Assembly: GCF_002113885.1 (NCBI RefSeq)
Contig: NW_018408757.1
Location: 71,617 to 135,616 of the forward strand
DNA: 64,000 nt
Direction of reading: 5' to 3'
From: Mizuhopecten yessoensis
Taxonomy: Eukaryota
Shown here: piece after piece, positions 24,901 to 39,900 of the stretch
How the letters are laid out: each line of letters begins with the position of its first letter
Numbering within the stretch: the stretch's first letter is position 1
Notes under the pieces: generated by a model
Told to the model about the DNA's origin: nothing
Seen by the model: the letters and a program-made list of their open reading frames with translations, nothing else
Database searches by the model: none
Position numbers and translations under genes: made by a program

Positions 24901-27900
24901 CTTCTTCTGAAATACCCAAACGCCTTGTGACATCATATTTGGGTGGTGGCTTCCTTGGAATTAGCCAAACAAAGTTTGCGAATAAAAATGATGTTGACCG
25001 ACTTTCAAGGTCACCGGGGTCAAATGTGTTAAAATCTTCTTCAACTTTTTCTCAATAACCAACAGACATAGGGTGATGATATATGGCCCGTAGCATGCTG
25101 GGATAAAGGGGTACCAAGTTTGTTCATATGAATGGCGTTGACCGACTAAAATATTTTGTAATATCAAATTGATATATTTTCCCTTGAATTACAATGTAAA
25201 CTTTGGTTTAGAAGTAGTTAAATGCCAGAAGTGTTTTTTTAAGTAACTGTTATTGTTATTGTATTTTGTTACCAATGAAACCTACTCACCTAAATTTTCT
25301 GTAACACTAAACCGTTTTTTCCATTTGTCCTACTGAACTGAGTCTGACTATAAATAAAATAACCTTATAATAAACATATCTTTACAATTGTCTTAAACTG
25401 TTTTCCCCAATTGTGTCATTGAAATGGATGTTAACCAATTTACCCCTAAAACCACATTTGAACTTCTGCAAATCAAATACTTGGCAAGTCTACTTTAAAA
25501 ATGTAGGGGTGAATTGTGATGCTATATTTTGACTTGTGCAAGTCTAACCGTCTCGCATCGGTGCTTCAAGGGAATAGTCAAATTGATCACATGCTCTGTT
25601 CCAACGCGATTGAGGTAAGGGAAGAGAAGGTGCCATTTTGGCATGTATCTAAAACATTATTTATAAGTCTAAGCAACGTATATATTGCATTCCAAGTAGT
25701 TGTTTTGTTTGATGGAATGTTCAACAGCTATTTGTTAGTTGATTAGCGATTGTAATATTTTCAATCCTTTGAAAAACGTGTAGTTCGCACATTCTGTACT
25801 CTGGCGAGAACTCGACGAGAATCAGCGAGACATGGATCTAGTGAACTGCTAACTATATAGCTATAGTCGCAAACTTTAGTCGATACCAGTCGCAAGATCG
25901 GCAGATCGCTCCAGTTACATGTATTATCGTTTCTTTTTTCTTATAATATACAGAATGTGTTGTCATATGCGTTGTGTTTGTCTCCCAACTGTTTTGAATG
26001 CATATGTACGTCGACAGGGACCGTCGAACTCCGTTACGTCACCTGTTTTGTCGTATTTCTCTGTCGTCGTTTCTAAATATTTTCAAATGTAACACGTCGT
26101 ATTAGATTATCTGCAATGCAATAGTATTGTGTATTGCGCCACAGTTGATAATGTATATGTCTATTTCACCATGAATGACGATTATTTAGATGCTGCCGTT
26201 TCCGACATTTCGATACGCTGCCAGAAATTCACTCTATACACTGCGATGCGAGTAACCGATTTTGACGATCATCAAGATCAATCTTAAAACATATAAAATG
26301 GCACAAATAAAAATTACTAATGTCTGAATATGAAATTAAATATAATTCATCCATTTAAAATGTACATTTATGGACTTAAATATTATTTTACTGTTGTACA
26401 AATCATGTTTGTTTGAAGTATTATTAGTTGAAGTAGCTACACCATGATTCATAATATTGTTTTTTCGAATTTGCTAGATTTATTCATTGTGTTCTGTTGT
26501 GATTTCAACTAGAGCACTAACTGTGGTGATAAGGTGTAGTACAATATAATATCTAATGAGAATATTTGCTATGACTGCTTAAATATTCAGGTGAGCGATA
26601 CAGGCCCTCTGGGCCTCTTGTTTTTAGTAGCTATAAAGATTAAAGGAGAGGTATTAATGCATTTATAAAACAGTGCTTCTAATAGCTACATATCCTGATC
26701 AATTCCTACATTGAAATTGCTGAAATGATGCCACCATCAAATTATGTACAGTAAAGCGGAATTAATGACATGTGACATCACTTTTCAGAATTCCAGCCAT
26801 GCCGATCCTAAGCTGTACTTTTGGGATGTGGAGTCGGATGTTGTTTCTTACTTTAACTTTGAGAGTGGGCGTGGAGAGCAGGATGACTTCCCCCCAGAAC
26901 AGATAGAGGGTGTGGAGGGGGATACAAATGATGCAGAGAGGTAGGCTTATGGTCACACAAGTCATAATATATTTCAGGAAATTCTAGACATCAAAAGTTA
27001 TTTTGTTCTTTATATATTCCTAATGCTGTGGAGGTTTTGAATTCATCTTTTGGTTGAATTGTCTTTTTATAGTAGTTTGGAGATGTAATTTCTGCTCAGT
27101 AAATTCATAGATTGTGAACCTTTTTACAACAAATCTCGTCAAGTTTGAGCTTCTAGAATTGTGATATGAATGTATGTCTGTAACTTAGGGGCAAGAATCA
27201 GGCTGCTAAGGACATAGCTGGCCGGTACCCTATGACCCACCACTGGGACCCTCACGACACCAAGCTGATTGTCTGTGAGGCCAAGGTGATGGCTAGTGCT
27301 GTGGAGAAGAAGGAGAAGGAGGAAAAGAAGCGCCACTCTCTAACTAAGGCCGTAGAGGAGGGACCAGTAAGTCCACCATGTTAAATTAATCACGAGGCAT
27401 TTCATTAACCCATGTGTTCACAGTCAAAGGATGTAGAAACCATTGCTGTAATGACAATCTTATTGACTGTTCAGCAGAGTGATGTGGGAAAGACAATAAA
27501 TGTGCTTTACCATTAATATTTTCCAACCGTTAAATTGGAGAATGTTAGCAGGAGCTCATCCTGACTAATTGTCTTTGGGCAGGATGAGTGAGTAAGTCTG
27601 TATTCAGCATTAACTAGGCTTCGTTTCTTGTTTCATCAGTTTGGTTGTTTTACTAATGGCTATTTCATTAAAGGTGGAGGTTATGGTGGTGTCCCTGTTC
27701 TGTACACCAGAGAACGGCATCCTCATCCAGGACAGCTTCCAGATGCCGGAGCAGTTTCAGGCCCTACTTGGCATAGAGGTGCCCTACTACTACAACATTA
27801 AGAAGGTAAGACAGACGATAGAGATTATAGGTTTATATATGTATATAAAGTGTCTTGTTTCTGTAATGTGCTGAATAGTCCCGCCCCCTCTCCCCAAATA

Positions 27901-30900
27901 AGTAGGGTGAAGTGTATCCATCCATCTGTAGTAAAAGCTTGTGTACAATACATCTAACTTTACACCATGGTGTTTAAACACCAAGCTCTGTACCTTATAC
28001 AATAGTTTGGTAATCATTGATTGAGATTACTCTTGACAACTCGTTTGGGTAGGGTTAGGTGTTTGTATCTGTTTCTGATTGTTGTTTAGTTGTATGAAAA
28101 ATCATAGTGTAATCTCTGTTTGTTAATCAAGCGAATAGTAAAAGGTTCATCATAATAATAAAGGTATCAAACTTAAGCATAAAAAGCAGTTTTGTGTCAT
28201 TGTGACAGGTTAACAGCATGATCTATTGTTTTTGTTTGACAGTCTGAGAATCTTAAAGAGGAAGAGCAGGAAAAGGATGACACACCACAACCGGAAAATC
28301 TCATTAAGTCCGACACTGTAATACAACCAAAACTGGTGGCCAGAAAAACCATGCGTGACTTTGTAGGTCTAGAAAACAGCGACAAGAACACGAGAGAGGC
28401 TATGATGAACTTCAGCTACTATCTCACCATTGGCAACATGGACGAGGCATTTAAATCCATCAAACTCATTAAAAGGTAAGTACTGCTACTAAATAGCCTA
28501 CTATGCTTTGTGCTTTATTGTTCCTATGATCTGAAATGTATCCGGTAATTGTTTTTGTTAGTTAAGTTACCATCACAAAGAATTCTATTTAATACTTCAC
28601 ATTGAAAAATAGAAAAAAGCACAAATCAGTTTAAATGTTACAGTTAATTATATAATTAGTCACCACAGCACAAAGCAAACTTTGATAATATCTATATAAA
28701 ACATAAGGGTGGGTTTGCCATAGTAGCTTTATACAGGGATTAATGTTTCTTCTCTGTTAGATTCTTACTATAGACCTGTTAAGGTGAGACACATGGCGCA
28801 CTTTGTTTTGTAAATACACGATGCTATGATTTTCAATTCATTTTCCTTTTGTCTTCATTCAATTTATCACCTTTACTTGCTTATATTTCTTTATAGTGAA
28901 TCTGTGTGGGAGAACATGGCCAAAATGTGTGTAAAAAGCCGACGTTTGGATGTGGCTAGTGTTTGTCTAGGCAACATGGGTCATGCCCGTGGTGCTAAGG
29001 CCCTCAGGGAGGCCATGAAAGAGCCGGAGCTGGACGCCAAAGTCGCTGTCCTTGCTATGCAACTTGGACTCAAGGTAAATTTGTTAATACAAGACTTTCA
29101 TCAAGTCATAGTTGGCACTAAAACAGCTAAATTTGTATAATCTTTCTTTGTTGGTTTTGCAACCTAACACATTTTCATGTGCATGCATTTTTAAAACAGT
29201 GATAATTCAGGCAAAAATGTATTACACTTGTAATACAACGGGTCTTTTTTTGTAGTTTGAATATTAAAAACCAGTCAAAATATACAAGTGTAATGTTACA
29301 TATTCATAAAACATTGCTATTGTAGCAAGTCTTTATATTGATGAGTTAAGTCCACTCTGTACAATCACAATTTTATTCTTGGCCAAATTTTTCTGGTGTG
29401 AAAAGCATTGAAATAAGATTATTGCTTACATATGTAGAGTAATTAAAGAATCCTTCCGCTAAGTACTAAAGCTCTGTGTTTATGTTATTTATGTAAAGTG
29501 TCAATCCTCCCACTAAGTACTAAAGCTTTGTGTTTATGTTATCTATGTAAAGTGTCAATTCTCCCACTAACTCCTAAAGCTCTGTGTTTATGTTATCTAT
29601 GTAAAGTGTCAATTCTCCCACTAAGTACTAAAGCTCTGTGTTTATGTTATCTGTGGAAAGTGGCAATCCTCCCGCAAAGTACTAAAGCTTTGTGTTGATG
29701 TTATCTATGTAAAGTGTCAATCCTCCCACTAAGTCCTAAAGCTCTGTGTTTATGTTATCTATGTAAAGTGTCAATTCTCCCGCAAAGTACTAAAGCTTTG
29801 TGTTTATGTTAGCTATGTAAAGTGTCAATCCTCCCACTAAGTACTACAGCTCTGTGTTTATGTTATCTAGTAGATGTAAAGAGTCAATCCTCCCACTAAG
29901 TACTAAAGCTCTGTGTTTAATTATCTATGTAAAGTTTCAATCCTCCCACTAAGTACTAAAGCTCTGTGTTTCTGTTATCTATGTAAAGTGTCAATCCTCC
30001 CGCTAAGTACTAAAGCTCTGTGTTTATGTTATTTATGTAAAGTGTCAATCCTCCCACTAAGTACTACAGCTCTGTGTTTATGTTATCTAGTAGATGAAAA
30101 GTGTCAATCCTCCCGCTAAGTACTAAAGCTCTGTGTAAATGTTCTCTATGTAAAGTGTCAATCCTCCCGCTAAGTACTAAAGCTCTGTGTAAATGTTCTC
30201 TATGTAAAGTGTCAATCCTCCCGCTAAGTACTAAAGCTCTGTGTTTCTGTTATCTATGTAAAGTGTCAATCCTCCCGCTAAGTACTAAAGCTCTGTGTAA
30301 ATGTTCTCTATGTAAAGTGTCAATCCTCCCGCTAAGTACTAAAGCTCTGTGTAAATGTTATCTATGTAAAGTGTCAATCCTCCCGCTAAGTACTAAAGCT
30401 CTGTGTAAATGTTATCTATGTAAAGTGTCAATCCTCCAGCTAAGTACTAAAGCTCTGTGTTTATGTTATCTATGTAAAGTGTCAATCATCCCGCTAAGTA
30501 CTAAAGCTCTGTGTTTATGTTATTTATGTAAAGTGTCAATCCTCCCACTAAGTACTACAGCTCTGTGTTTATGTTATCTAGTAGATGAAAAGTGTCAATC
30601 CTCCCGCTAAGTACTAAAGCTCTGTGTTTCTGTTATCTATGTAAAGTGTCAATCCTCCCGCTAAGTACTAAAGCTCTGTGTTTCTGTTATCTATGTAAAG
30701 TGTCAATCCTCCCGCTAAGTACTAAAGCTCTGTGTTTCTGTTATCTATGTAAAGTGTCAATCCTCCCGCTAAGTACTAAAGCTCTGTGTAAATGTTATCT
30801 ATGTAAAGTGTCAATCCTCCCGCTAAGTACTAAAGCTCTGTGTTTCTGTTATCTATGTAAAGTGTCAATCCTCCCGCTAAGTACTAAAGCTCTGTGTTTC

Positions 30901-33900
30901 TGTTATCTATGTAAAGTGTCAATCCTCCCGCTAAGTACTAAAGCTCTGTGTTTATGTTATTTATGTAAAGTGTCAATCCTCCCACTAAGTATTAAAGCTT
31001 TGTGTTTATGTTATCTATGTAAAGTGTCAATTCTCCCGCAAAGTACTAAAGCTTTGTGTTTATGTTAGCTATGTAAAGTGTCAATCCTCCCACTAAGTAC
31101 TACAGCTCTGTGTTTATGTTATCTAGTAGATGTAAAGTGTCAATCCTCCCGCTAAGTACTAAAGCTCTGTGTTTATGTTATCTATGTAAAGTGTCAATCT
31201 TCCCACTAAGTACTAAAGCTCTGTGTTTATGTTATCTCTGTAAAGTGTCAATCCTCCCGCAAAGTACTAAAGCTTTGTGTTTATGTTATGTATGTAAAGT
31301 GTCAATCCTCCCACTAAGTACTAAAGCTCTGGGTTTATGTTATCTATGTAAAGTGTCAATCCTCCCACTAATTACTAAAGCTCTGTGTTTAATTATCTAT
31401 GTAAAGTTTCAATCCTCCCACTAAGTACTAAAGCTCTGTGTTTATGTTATCTATGTAAAGTGTCAATCCTCCCACTAAGTACTACAGCTCTGTGTTTATG
31501 TTATCTAGTAGATGAAAAGTGTCAATCCTCCCGCTAAGTACTAAAGCTCTGTGTAAATGTTATCTATGTAAAGTGTCAATCCTCCCGCTAAGTACTAAAG
31601 CTCTGTGTTTATGTTATCTATGTAAAGTGTACGTATCAGCTCTACATTCAATACAAAGATAATAATTTACAACTTCCAGATGAATGGAAATAGCCAATGA
31701 TTTGACTTATTCAATAAATAGGAGGTAAAGTTGTTGTGTTGGAATATTTTCTTAAATAGGTATTCTAGTGTTTTTGTAAATAAAACTGAAAATCTTGCCT
31801 TGCAGTTGAATAACTATGACATGATTGTTATGTATACTCTGCAAAACTCTTAGACCTTTCTAGACTTGATCTAAATCTAGCTCTATGTATATGATTTTTT
31901 GTTGTGGATTTTTTAGGAAGATGCAGAGAGATTACTGAAGAACTGTAAACGATATGATTTACTGAATGAATTCTACCAATCATCTGGCCAGTGGATTAAG
32001 GTATACACATAATTAGACATTATTAGTCACTTTATAGTCGGTATTCATTAAAAACAAGATACATGATTAAGTGCATTTCTAGACTAAAGAAATTGTTCAG
32101 TAAGAAAATGGTGAATATGGTAAAGTTTGTTTTGAGTGACAAAACACGTCTCTTTGCAGGCATTAGAAACAGCAGAAATGTATGATCGTATTCATCTCAG
32201 AGCCACCTATTATAACCATGCAAAACACTTGGAAGTCAAGGGGGACTACTCTGATGCGATACCAAAGTAAGTTTAGCTAAGTTGAATGACAATGCCCTGG
32301 GCCTGTTCATTTATGCTGACAAATAGGTACATCTATATTCAAATGTGATATTTCAGGGTAAAAGCCACAGAGATCTGCAAATGTTAATCAGTCTTGAAAT
32401 TCTTTGCCAAGACTATCCAGAAAGCAACATCAAATCACTAGGTCTGTCCCAAGTTAAGGTTCGACTGATCTGACCGTTTGGAATGCAATAAAACACCTTT
32501 GTTATAATGCTTTCAACTTGTTGGAACAATTTCTTTGATGAATGACTTAGTGTTTTGGTTTATGTTAAAAACCATATTTCTACATGCTTTTGACCATTTT
32601 TGTAATATCTATGTACAGTTCTACTAGTAATGGAGTAAATATTATAAAACTGATGTAAAACCCATACTTAAAATTAATTTGATATTAAAACTTAGATGTG
32701 TAATTTTGAACACTCTTTATCATTTTCCTGACTTTGGCATCATTTTAAGGATTATAATTTTGCCCTTTGATAACAACGGCTTTTATGATTTTAAGTCCAT
32801 GTCCTCCTCTGTGATTATCAGTAAATTGTTTACTTAATGTTTCATTGTAGAATTTTGAGATATATTACTCTTCTTTGTCCTTTGCAAAAATCACATTGAT
32901 TTTTTTTGTGATTGATGTTTTCTGTTACACTTTCAGCTATGAGAAGTCGGACACTCATCGCTTTGAAGTTCCAAGGATGTTATTTGATGAACCTGAAGCG
33001 TTAGAACAATACATTAGCAGGCATAAAGACAAGTATGTTCATACTATTTTGTCTTATGCACTGTTGTGTACCTTCTTAACCAGTTCTTACAAAACTCTGT
33101 TAATCAATATTTTGTTTAAAAAGTCTTTTCCTTTTGAACAAATTTGATCTAAATTTAGCCTGAAGCACCACTGAGCGATGGGGAATCAAAATTGTATAAA
33201 ACAAGGGTGACCCCCACTTCCATGGGCAGAAAGGTGTGGCCCAGTAGGGGAAATGGATCTTATCTGAAACATCACTGGGCCAAGGCAACTTAATGTAGGA
33301 TAAACAAAAAGGGGTTAGAGGAAATAGATATAAGTCTACTATCTGTAGGATAAACAAAAAGGGGTTAGGGGAAATAGATATAAGTCTACTATCTGTAGGA
33401 TAAACAACAAGGGGTTAGGAGGAATAGATATAAGTCTTCTATCTGTAGGATAAACAAAAAGGGGTTAAGGGAAATAGATATAAGTCTACTATCTGTAGGA
33501 TAAACAAAAAGGGGTTAGGGGAAATAGATATAAGTCTACTATCTGTAGGATAAACAAAAAGGGGTTAGGGGGAAAAGATATAAGTTTACTATCTTAAGGG
33601 GGCATGGCAACTTAATGTAGGATAAACAAAAAGGGGTTAGGCCAAATAAAATTGATTACTTAGTTCTGGGGCCATTTTCTTTTTTAAAGAGATGCGGCAG
33701 GGCATTTTTTTTTTTTTCATTTTACATGGCAATTATGAGACGAGGGCGATTTTTTTTTATTGTGTAGTTTGTAAAACGTTCATTGTGGGCATTACCTTGC
33801 CTTTTTATAGTTGTGTAGAGACCCGTCATAGAACAAGCCTCCGAAAATCCCCCCACGATGTTCCAGACGAGAATCACGAACACCCACCCCCCATTCCTTA

Positions 33901-36900
33901 TTTGTACCGAAATGAGCGGCATTTGAACACAAGACTAATAAGTCATAATCATTTTAACGCTTGCCTGTATATCAATCCTTATATTTATTCAAACGTTTTC
34001 GGGACTTGGGTGACTAACGTGTAAAAACGACATGCGGACCAATTTTCTGGAATTTTTTAAAGACTGCGACTGGCGCATCCACAATTTTTTTTATTACTTT
34101 CACCATAAAATCGGCAATGCAGTGCCCTAAAATGAAATGTGCGCGGGCCTGAGAACCAAGTAATCAATTTTTTTGGCCTTAGAGGAAATAGATATGTCTA
34201 CTATCTAAAGGGGGCAAGGCAACTTGATGTAGGATAAACAAAAAGGGGTTAGAGGAAAATTTATTCTTCCGCTTTCCGCCCGACACTTTTCTCAGAAACT
34301 GTAAGTCTGATCTTCACCAAACTTTGAGGAATTATTACTGATAGCCTCTAGATGTGCAAACACTTTTTTGTTTTTCCGATTATCATCCAAGATGGCCACC
34401 ATGAATTTTTGAAATTTTTGGGAACTTAAAAATTCTAAAGGTGTTCGTTTAAGATAGCCAATGTCACCTATCCTATTTTACATGTTTTATAGATATTTGC
34501 CAATGCATTCCAAATTCGGCATGTAGGTGTATGATGGAACTGCGAATTCAACCATGACATCCGTTTTCTAATTAGATAAAATGACTGCCATATACTGGTT
34601 ACTGATTGGTCGAAACTCCGTTATTGTTCGATTTCGTTCAAATTTAGTATGTACGTGTAATATGGCATTGCACTCTCAACTGCAACATTTGTTTTCTAAT
34701 TTGACAAAATGGCCACCATATACTGGGTTCTGATTGGTCGAAATTTAGATATTGTTCGATGTTTGTGAAAATTGGCTTACAGGGGTATTAGGGGACTGCG
34801 AATTCAATCGCATAGGATATGTTGCCATATCAACCACATGCATGGAGGCTTCTGATTGATCGAAATTTAGATAGTGTTCGATTTTGATGACAATCGATAT
34901 ATAGGGGTATTAAAGGACTGCAAATTCAATCGCATACCTTCGTTGCCATAGCAACCACACAGAGGCTTCTATAATTGGTCACAATTTAGAAATTGTTGGA
35001 TTTCACTCAAATTTAATATGTAGGTGTATAAAGGCATTGCGATCCTTTTCTGATTATCTTTGCGACTATGGGGGCAGTTTGGGGGACTTCTGTAATGTTC
35101 CCCCATTACAATTAGTACTTGTTTGCTATTGCTTTTAAACTTCTTAATTAAATTAATCGCACTTTGTGACAGTTTGACCAAGCACTTCCTTGCAGAACAG
35201 ATATCTCATTATATGATATAATAAATGAAAGAGAAAAATGGTTCTTTTTTCAAGAATGATTGATCAAATATCTCTAAACAGATATCTGATAACAGTTCTA
35301 GCAGTTTTGATTTACCTTGACAAACTGTTTATTTCAGGGCACTACATAAATGGTGGGCCCAGTACATGGAGAGTACAGGGGAAATGGATGCAGCCCTGCA
35401 GTACTACGAGACTGCCCAGGATTTCCTCTCTCTGGTCCGAGTCTACTGCTACTGTGGCAAAATGGACAAGGTACAGTGCCTTTTATTGTTTATTCTTAAT
35501 TTGGATGTTTTTTATCTCTTGATTTGACTAAAACCTTGATTTGGATTTTAAAAAAGACAAAGGAAAAGTATTTATAAGGTATATTTTAGAAAAGGATTAA
35601 CTATAGCTGCAACAGAGTAACAGATAGCAATGCGACCTTTGTAAGGGCTGTTCCAGATATATATTTATATACAGTGGGGAAATGGACAGGCAGACACTTG
35701 TAATATATCGTGTATGGATGATTAGAATTCTTTATTGTTTGATTAATTTTTTTTTGTTTTTCGCTCCAAAGGCTTCAGAAATCTGTAATGAGACAGGTGA
35801 CAGGGCTGCCTGTTACCACTTAGGTCGGCAATATGAAAACCAAGACTTGATCAAAGAAGCCATTCACTTTTTTCAGCGAGCACAGGCATATGGAAATGCT
35901 ATTCGACTGTGCAAGGTAAGCAAACTTGCACTTTAGATAACATATTGCTTGTGTAAGGTGTGTATATACCTGTTACATGTTTACAGGGGCTAGGAGAGAC
36001 GTATGATGTGTATATACCTGTTGCATGTTTACAGGGGCTAGGAGAGACGTATGATGTGTGTATACCTGTAACATGTTTACAGGGGCTAGGAGAGACGTAT
36101 GGCGTGTATATACCTGTTACATGTTTACAGGGGATAGGAGAGCCGTATGGTGTGTATATACCTCTTATAAGTTTACAGGGGCTAGGAGAGAAGTATGGTG
36201 TGTATAGACCTGTTACATGTTTACAGGGGCTAGGAGAGACGTATGGAGTGTATATACCTGTTACATGTTTACAGGGGATAGGAGAGCCGTATGGTGTGTA
36301 TATACCTCTTATAAGTTTACAGGGGCTAGGAGAGAAGTATGGTGTATATATACCTGTTACATGTTTACAGGGGCTAGGAGAGATGTATGGTGTGTATATA
36401 CCTGTTATATGTTTATAGGGGCTAGGAGAGACGTATGGTGTGTATATTCCTGTTACATGTTTACAGGGGCTAGGAGAGAAGGATGGTGTGTATATACCTG
36501 TTTCATGTTTACAGGGGCTAGGAGAGACGTATGGGGTGTGTATACCTGTTATATGTTTATAGGGGATAGGAGAGACGTATGGTGTGTATATACCTCTTAT
36601 AAGTTTACAGGGGCTAGGAGAGAAGTATGGTGTGTATAGACCTGTTACATGTTTAAAGGGGCTAGGAGAGATGTATGGTGTGTTTATACCTGTTACATGT
36701 TTACAGGGGCTAGGAGAGAAGTATTGAGTGTGTATACCTGTTATATGTTTATAGGGGATAGGAGAGACGTATGGTGTGTATATACCTGTTTCATGTTTAT
36801 AGGGGCTAGGAGAGACGTATTGTGTGTATATACCTGTTTCATGTTTACAGGGGCTAGGAGAGAAGGATGGTGTGTATATACCTGTTTCATGTTTACAGGG

Positions 36901-39900
36901 GCTAGCAGAGAAGTATGGTGTGTATATACCTGTTACATGTTTACAGAGGCTAGGAGAGACGTATGGTGTGTGTATACCTGTTACATGTTTACAGGGGCTA
37001 GGAGAGAAGTATTGAGTGTGTATACCTGTTATATGTTTATAGGGGATAGGAGAGACGTATGGTGTGTATATACCTGCTATATGTTTACAGGGGCTAGGAG
37101 AGACGTATGGCGTGTATATACCTGTTACATGTTTACAGGGGCTAGGAGAGAAGGATGGTGTGTATATACCTGTTTCATGTTTATAGGGGCTAGGAGAGAC
37201 GTATGGCGTGTATATACCTGTTACATGTTTACAGGGGATAGGAGAGCCGTATGGTGTGTATATACCTCTTATAAGTTTACAGGGGCTAGGAGAAAAGTAT
37301 GGTGTGTATATACCTGTTACATGTTTACAGGGGCTAGGAGAGACGTATGGTGTGTGTATACCTGTTATATGTTTATAGGGGCTAGGAGAGACGTATGGTG
37401 TGTATATACCTGCTATATGTTTACAGGGACTAGGAGAGACGTATGGTGTGTATATACCTGTTATATGTTTACAGGGGCTAGGAGAGATGTATGGTGTGTA
37501 TATACCTGTTATATGTTTATAGGGGCTAGGAGAGACGTATGGTGTGTATAGACCTGTTACATGTTTAAAGGGGCTAGGAGAGACGTATGGTGTGTTTATA
37601 CCTGTTACATGTTTACAAGGGCTAGGAGAGACGTATTGTGTGAACATACCTGTTACATGTTTACAGGGGCTAGCCTGTTACATGTTTAAAGGGGCTAGGA
37701 GAGACGGATGGTGTGTATAGACCTGTTAGATGTTTAAAGGGGCTAGGAGAGACGGATGATGTGTGTATACCTGTTACATGTTTACAGTGGCTAGGAGAGA
37801 CGTATGGTGTTTATATACCTGTTATATGTTTATAGGGTCTAGGAGAGACGTATGGTGTGTTTATACCTGTTACATGTTTACAGGGGCTAGGAGAGAAGTA
37901 TTGTGTGTATATACCTGTTACATGTTTACAAGGGCTAGGAGAGACGTATTGTGTGTATATACCTGTTACATGTTTACAAGGGCTAGGAGAGACGTATTGT
38001 GTGAACATACCTGTTACATGTTTACAGGGGCTATGGGAGACGTATGATGTGTGTATACCTGTTACATGTTTACAAGGGCTAGGAGAGACGTATTGTGTGA
38101 ACATACCTGTTACATGTTTACAGGGGCTAGGAGCGACGTATGGTGTGTATATACCTCTTATCAGTTTACAGGGGCTAGGAGAGAAGTATTGTGTGTATAT
38201 ACCCCCTACATGTTTACAAGGGCTAGGAGAGACGTATTGTGTGAATATACCTGTTACATGTTTATAAGGGCTAGGAGAGACGTATTGTGTGTACATACCT
38301 GTTACATGTTTACAGGGGCTATGGGAGACGTATGATGTGTGTATACCTGTTACATGTTTACAAGGGCTAGGAGAGACGTATTGTGTGTTTATACCTGTTA
38401 CATGTTTACAGGGGCTATGAGAGACGTATGATGTGTATATACCTGTTACATGTTTACAGAGGCTAGGAGAGACGTATGGTGTGTATATCCCTCTTATAAG
38501 TTTACAGGGGCTAGGAGAGACGTATTGTGTGTTTATACCTGTTACATGTTTACAGGGGCTATGGGAGACGTATGGTGTGTTTATACCTGTTACATGTTTA
38601 CAGGGGCTAGGAGAGACGGATAGTGGGTATATACCTGTTACATGTTTACAGGGGCTAGGAGAGATGTATGGTGTGTATATACCTGTTACATGTTTACAGG
38701 GGCTATGAGAGACGTATGATGTGTATATACCTGTTACATGTTTACAGGGGCTAGGAGAGATGTATGGTGTGTATATACCTGTTACATGTTTACAGGGGCT
38801 AGAAGAGACAATCATTAGAGGGATTTAGAGTGAAATAAGGGACATCGATTTGATTTTAAGATAGTGACAAAACAGTACCAAATAAAAATGGCAAAAAAAG
38901 CAAACCTTTTCAGTCTAATTACACTTTTACGTGATAAGTTTGTTTTGCATGTTACTTTACACTCTGGAAGGTTGTACTCCTAGCATTTTAGTCGTGTTCA
39001 TTTACACACTCAGCAGGCTGTGTTAAAACAAGTTCCATCATGCACTTTTCATCCTCCTTATCAATTGATTCATGTTTACAAAACTTTCCAAGCGAGCTCG
39101 AGCTCTTGTTGTATGAGACATATTAAATAACAGCTTCCAGAAGTTAGTGACAACAACTGGACAAAAATACCAATGTGAATTAATCGTTAGAATTAATGCT
39201 GCCAAATAGCCAAAATCATTTGTAACATTTATAAATTGTCATAACAAAGACTTATCCATAGTTTGATATTTACTTTTCTATATCTGCTTTTCTGAGCAAT
39301 GTAGCCCTAATATTTTCTATAGGAACATGGTTATGAAGACCAGCTGCTGAATCTGGCATTACTCGGCCGTCCTGAAGACATGATGGAAGCAGCTCGCTAC
39401 TACGAACAGAAACAAGGGTCTGAGGACAAGGCTGTCATGCTGTATCATAAGGTACATTGGATTGAAGAGTGACCGTGTGTTAGTTACTGATAGTGGCTAA
39501 TTATAAAAACTCTGACCCAGAGAAAAAATATATATATTAGTGTAGTTTTTGATCTCCCATAGACAACATTTTCAGGTCAACAGTAGGAAATCTGTATGCA
39601 TTAAAATCTCCACAAAATATTCGTTTGTTGATTCAAATTATGTATTATAGGATTAGTGGAATGTAATAATTAAAAGTAAATGTTTCCTTTTTCGACAAAA
39701 GAGTATTTCCATAAAAATGTTTTAAATTAATACTTTTTATGAATAACTTCCAAATGGCTTTGGATTTATTTAAGTAAATGTATTTAATTGATGAATTCCA
39801 GGCAGGAAACTTCTCCAAAGCATTGGATCTGTCCTTCCGATCCAAGCAGTTTGGAGCTTTGCAGATGATTTCTGGGGACTTGGACGAGCGAGCAGATCCT

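Noticed and set aside
24175-25167. 146-aa and neighbouring ORFs
   Set aside because: They are translations of the HINE internal tandem repeats, with no Rep/helicase motifs.
29498-31424. Cys-rich (metallothionein-like) ORFs [18 protein letters not shown]
   Set aside because: Translation of the 54-bp minisatellite inside an IFT140 intron.
35899-38815. 582-aa, 334-aa and 300-aa repetitive ORFs as genes
   Set aside because: They lie entirely within a 48-bp intronic minisatellite, are open in several frames on both strands, and have no unique termini.
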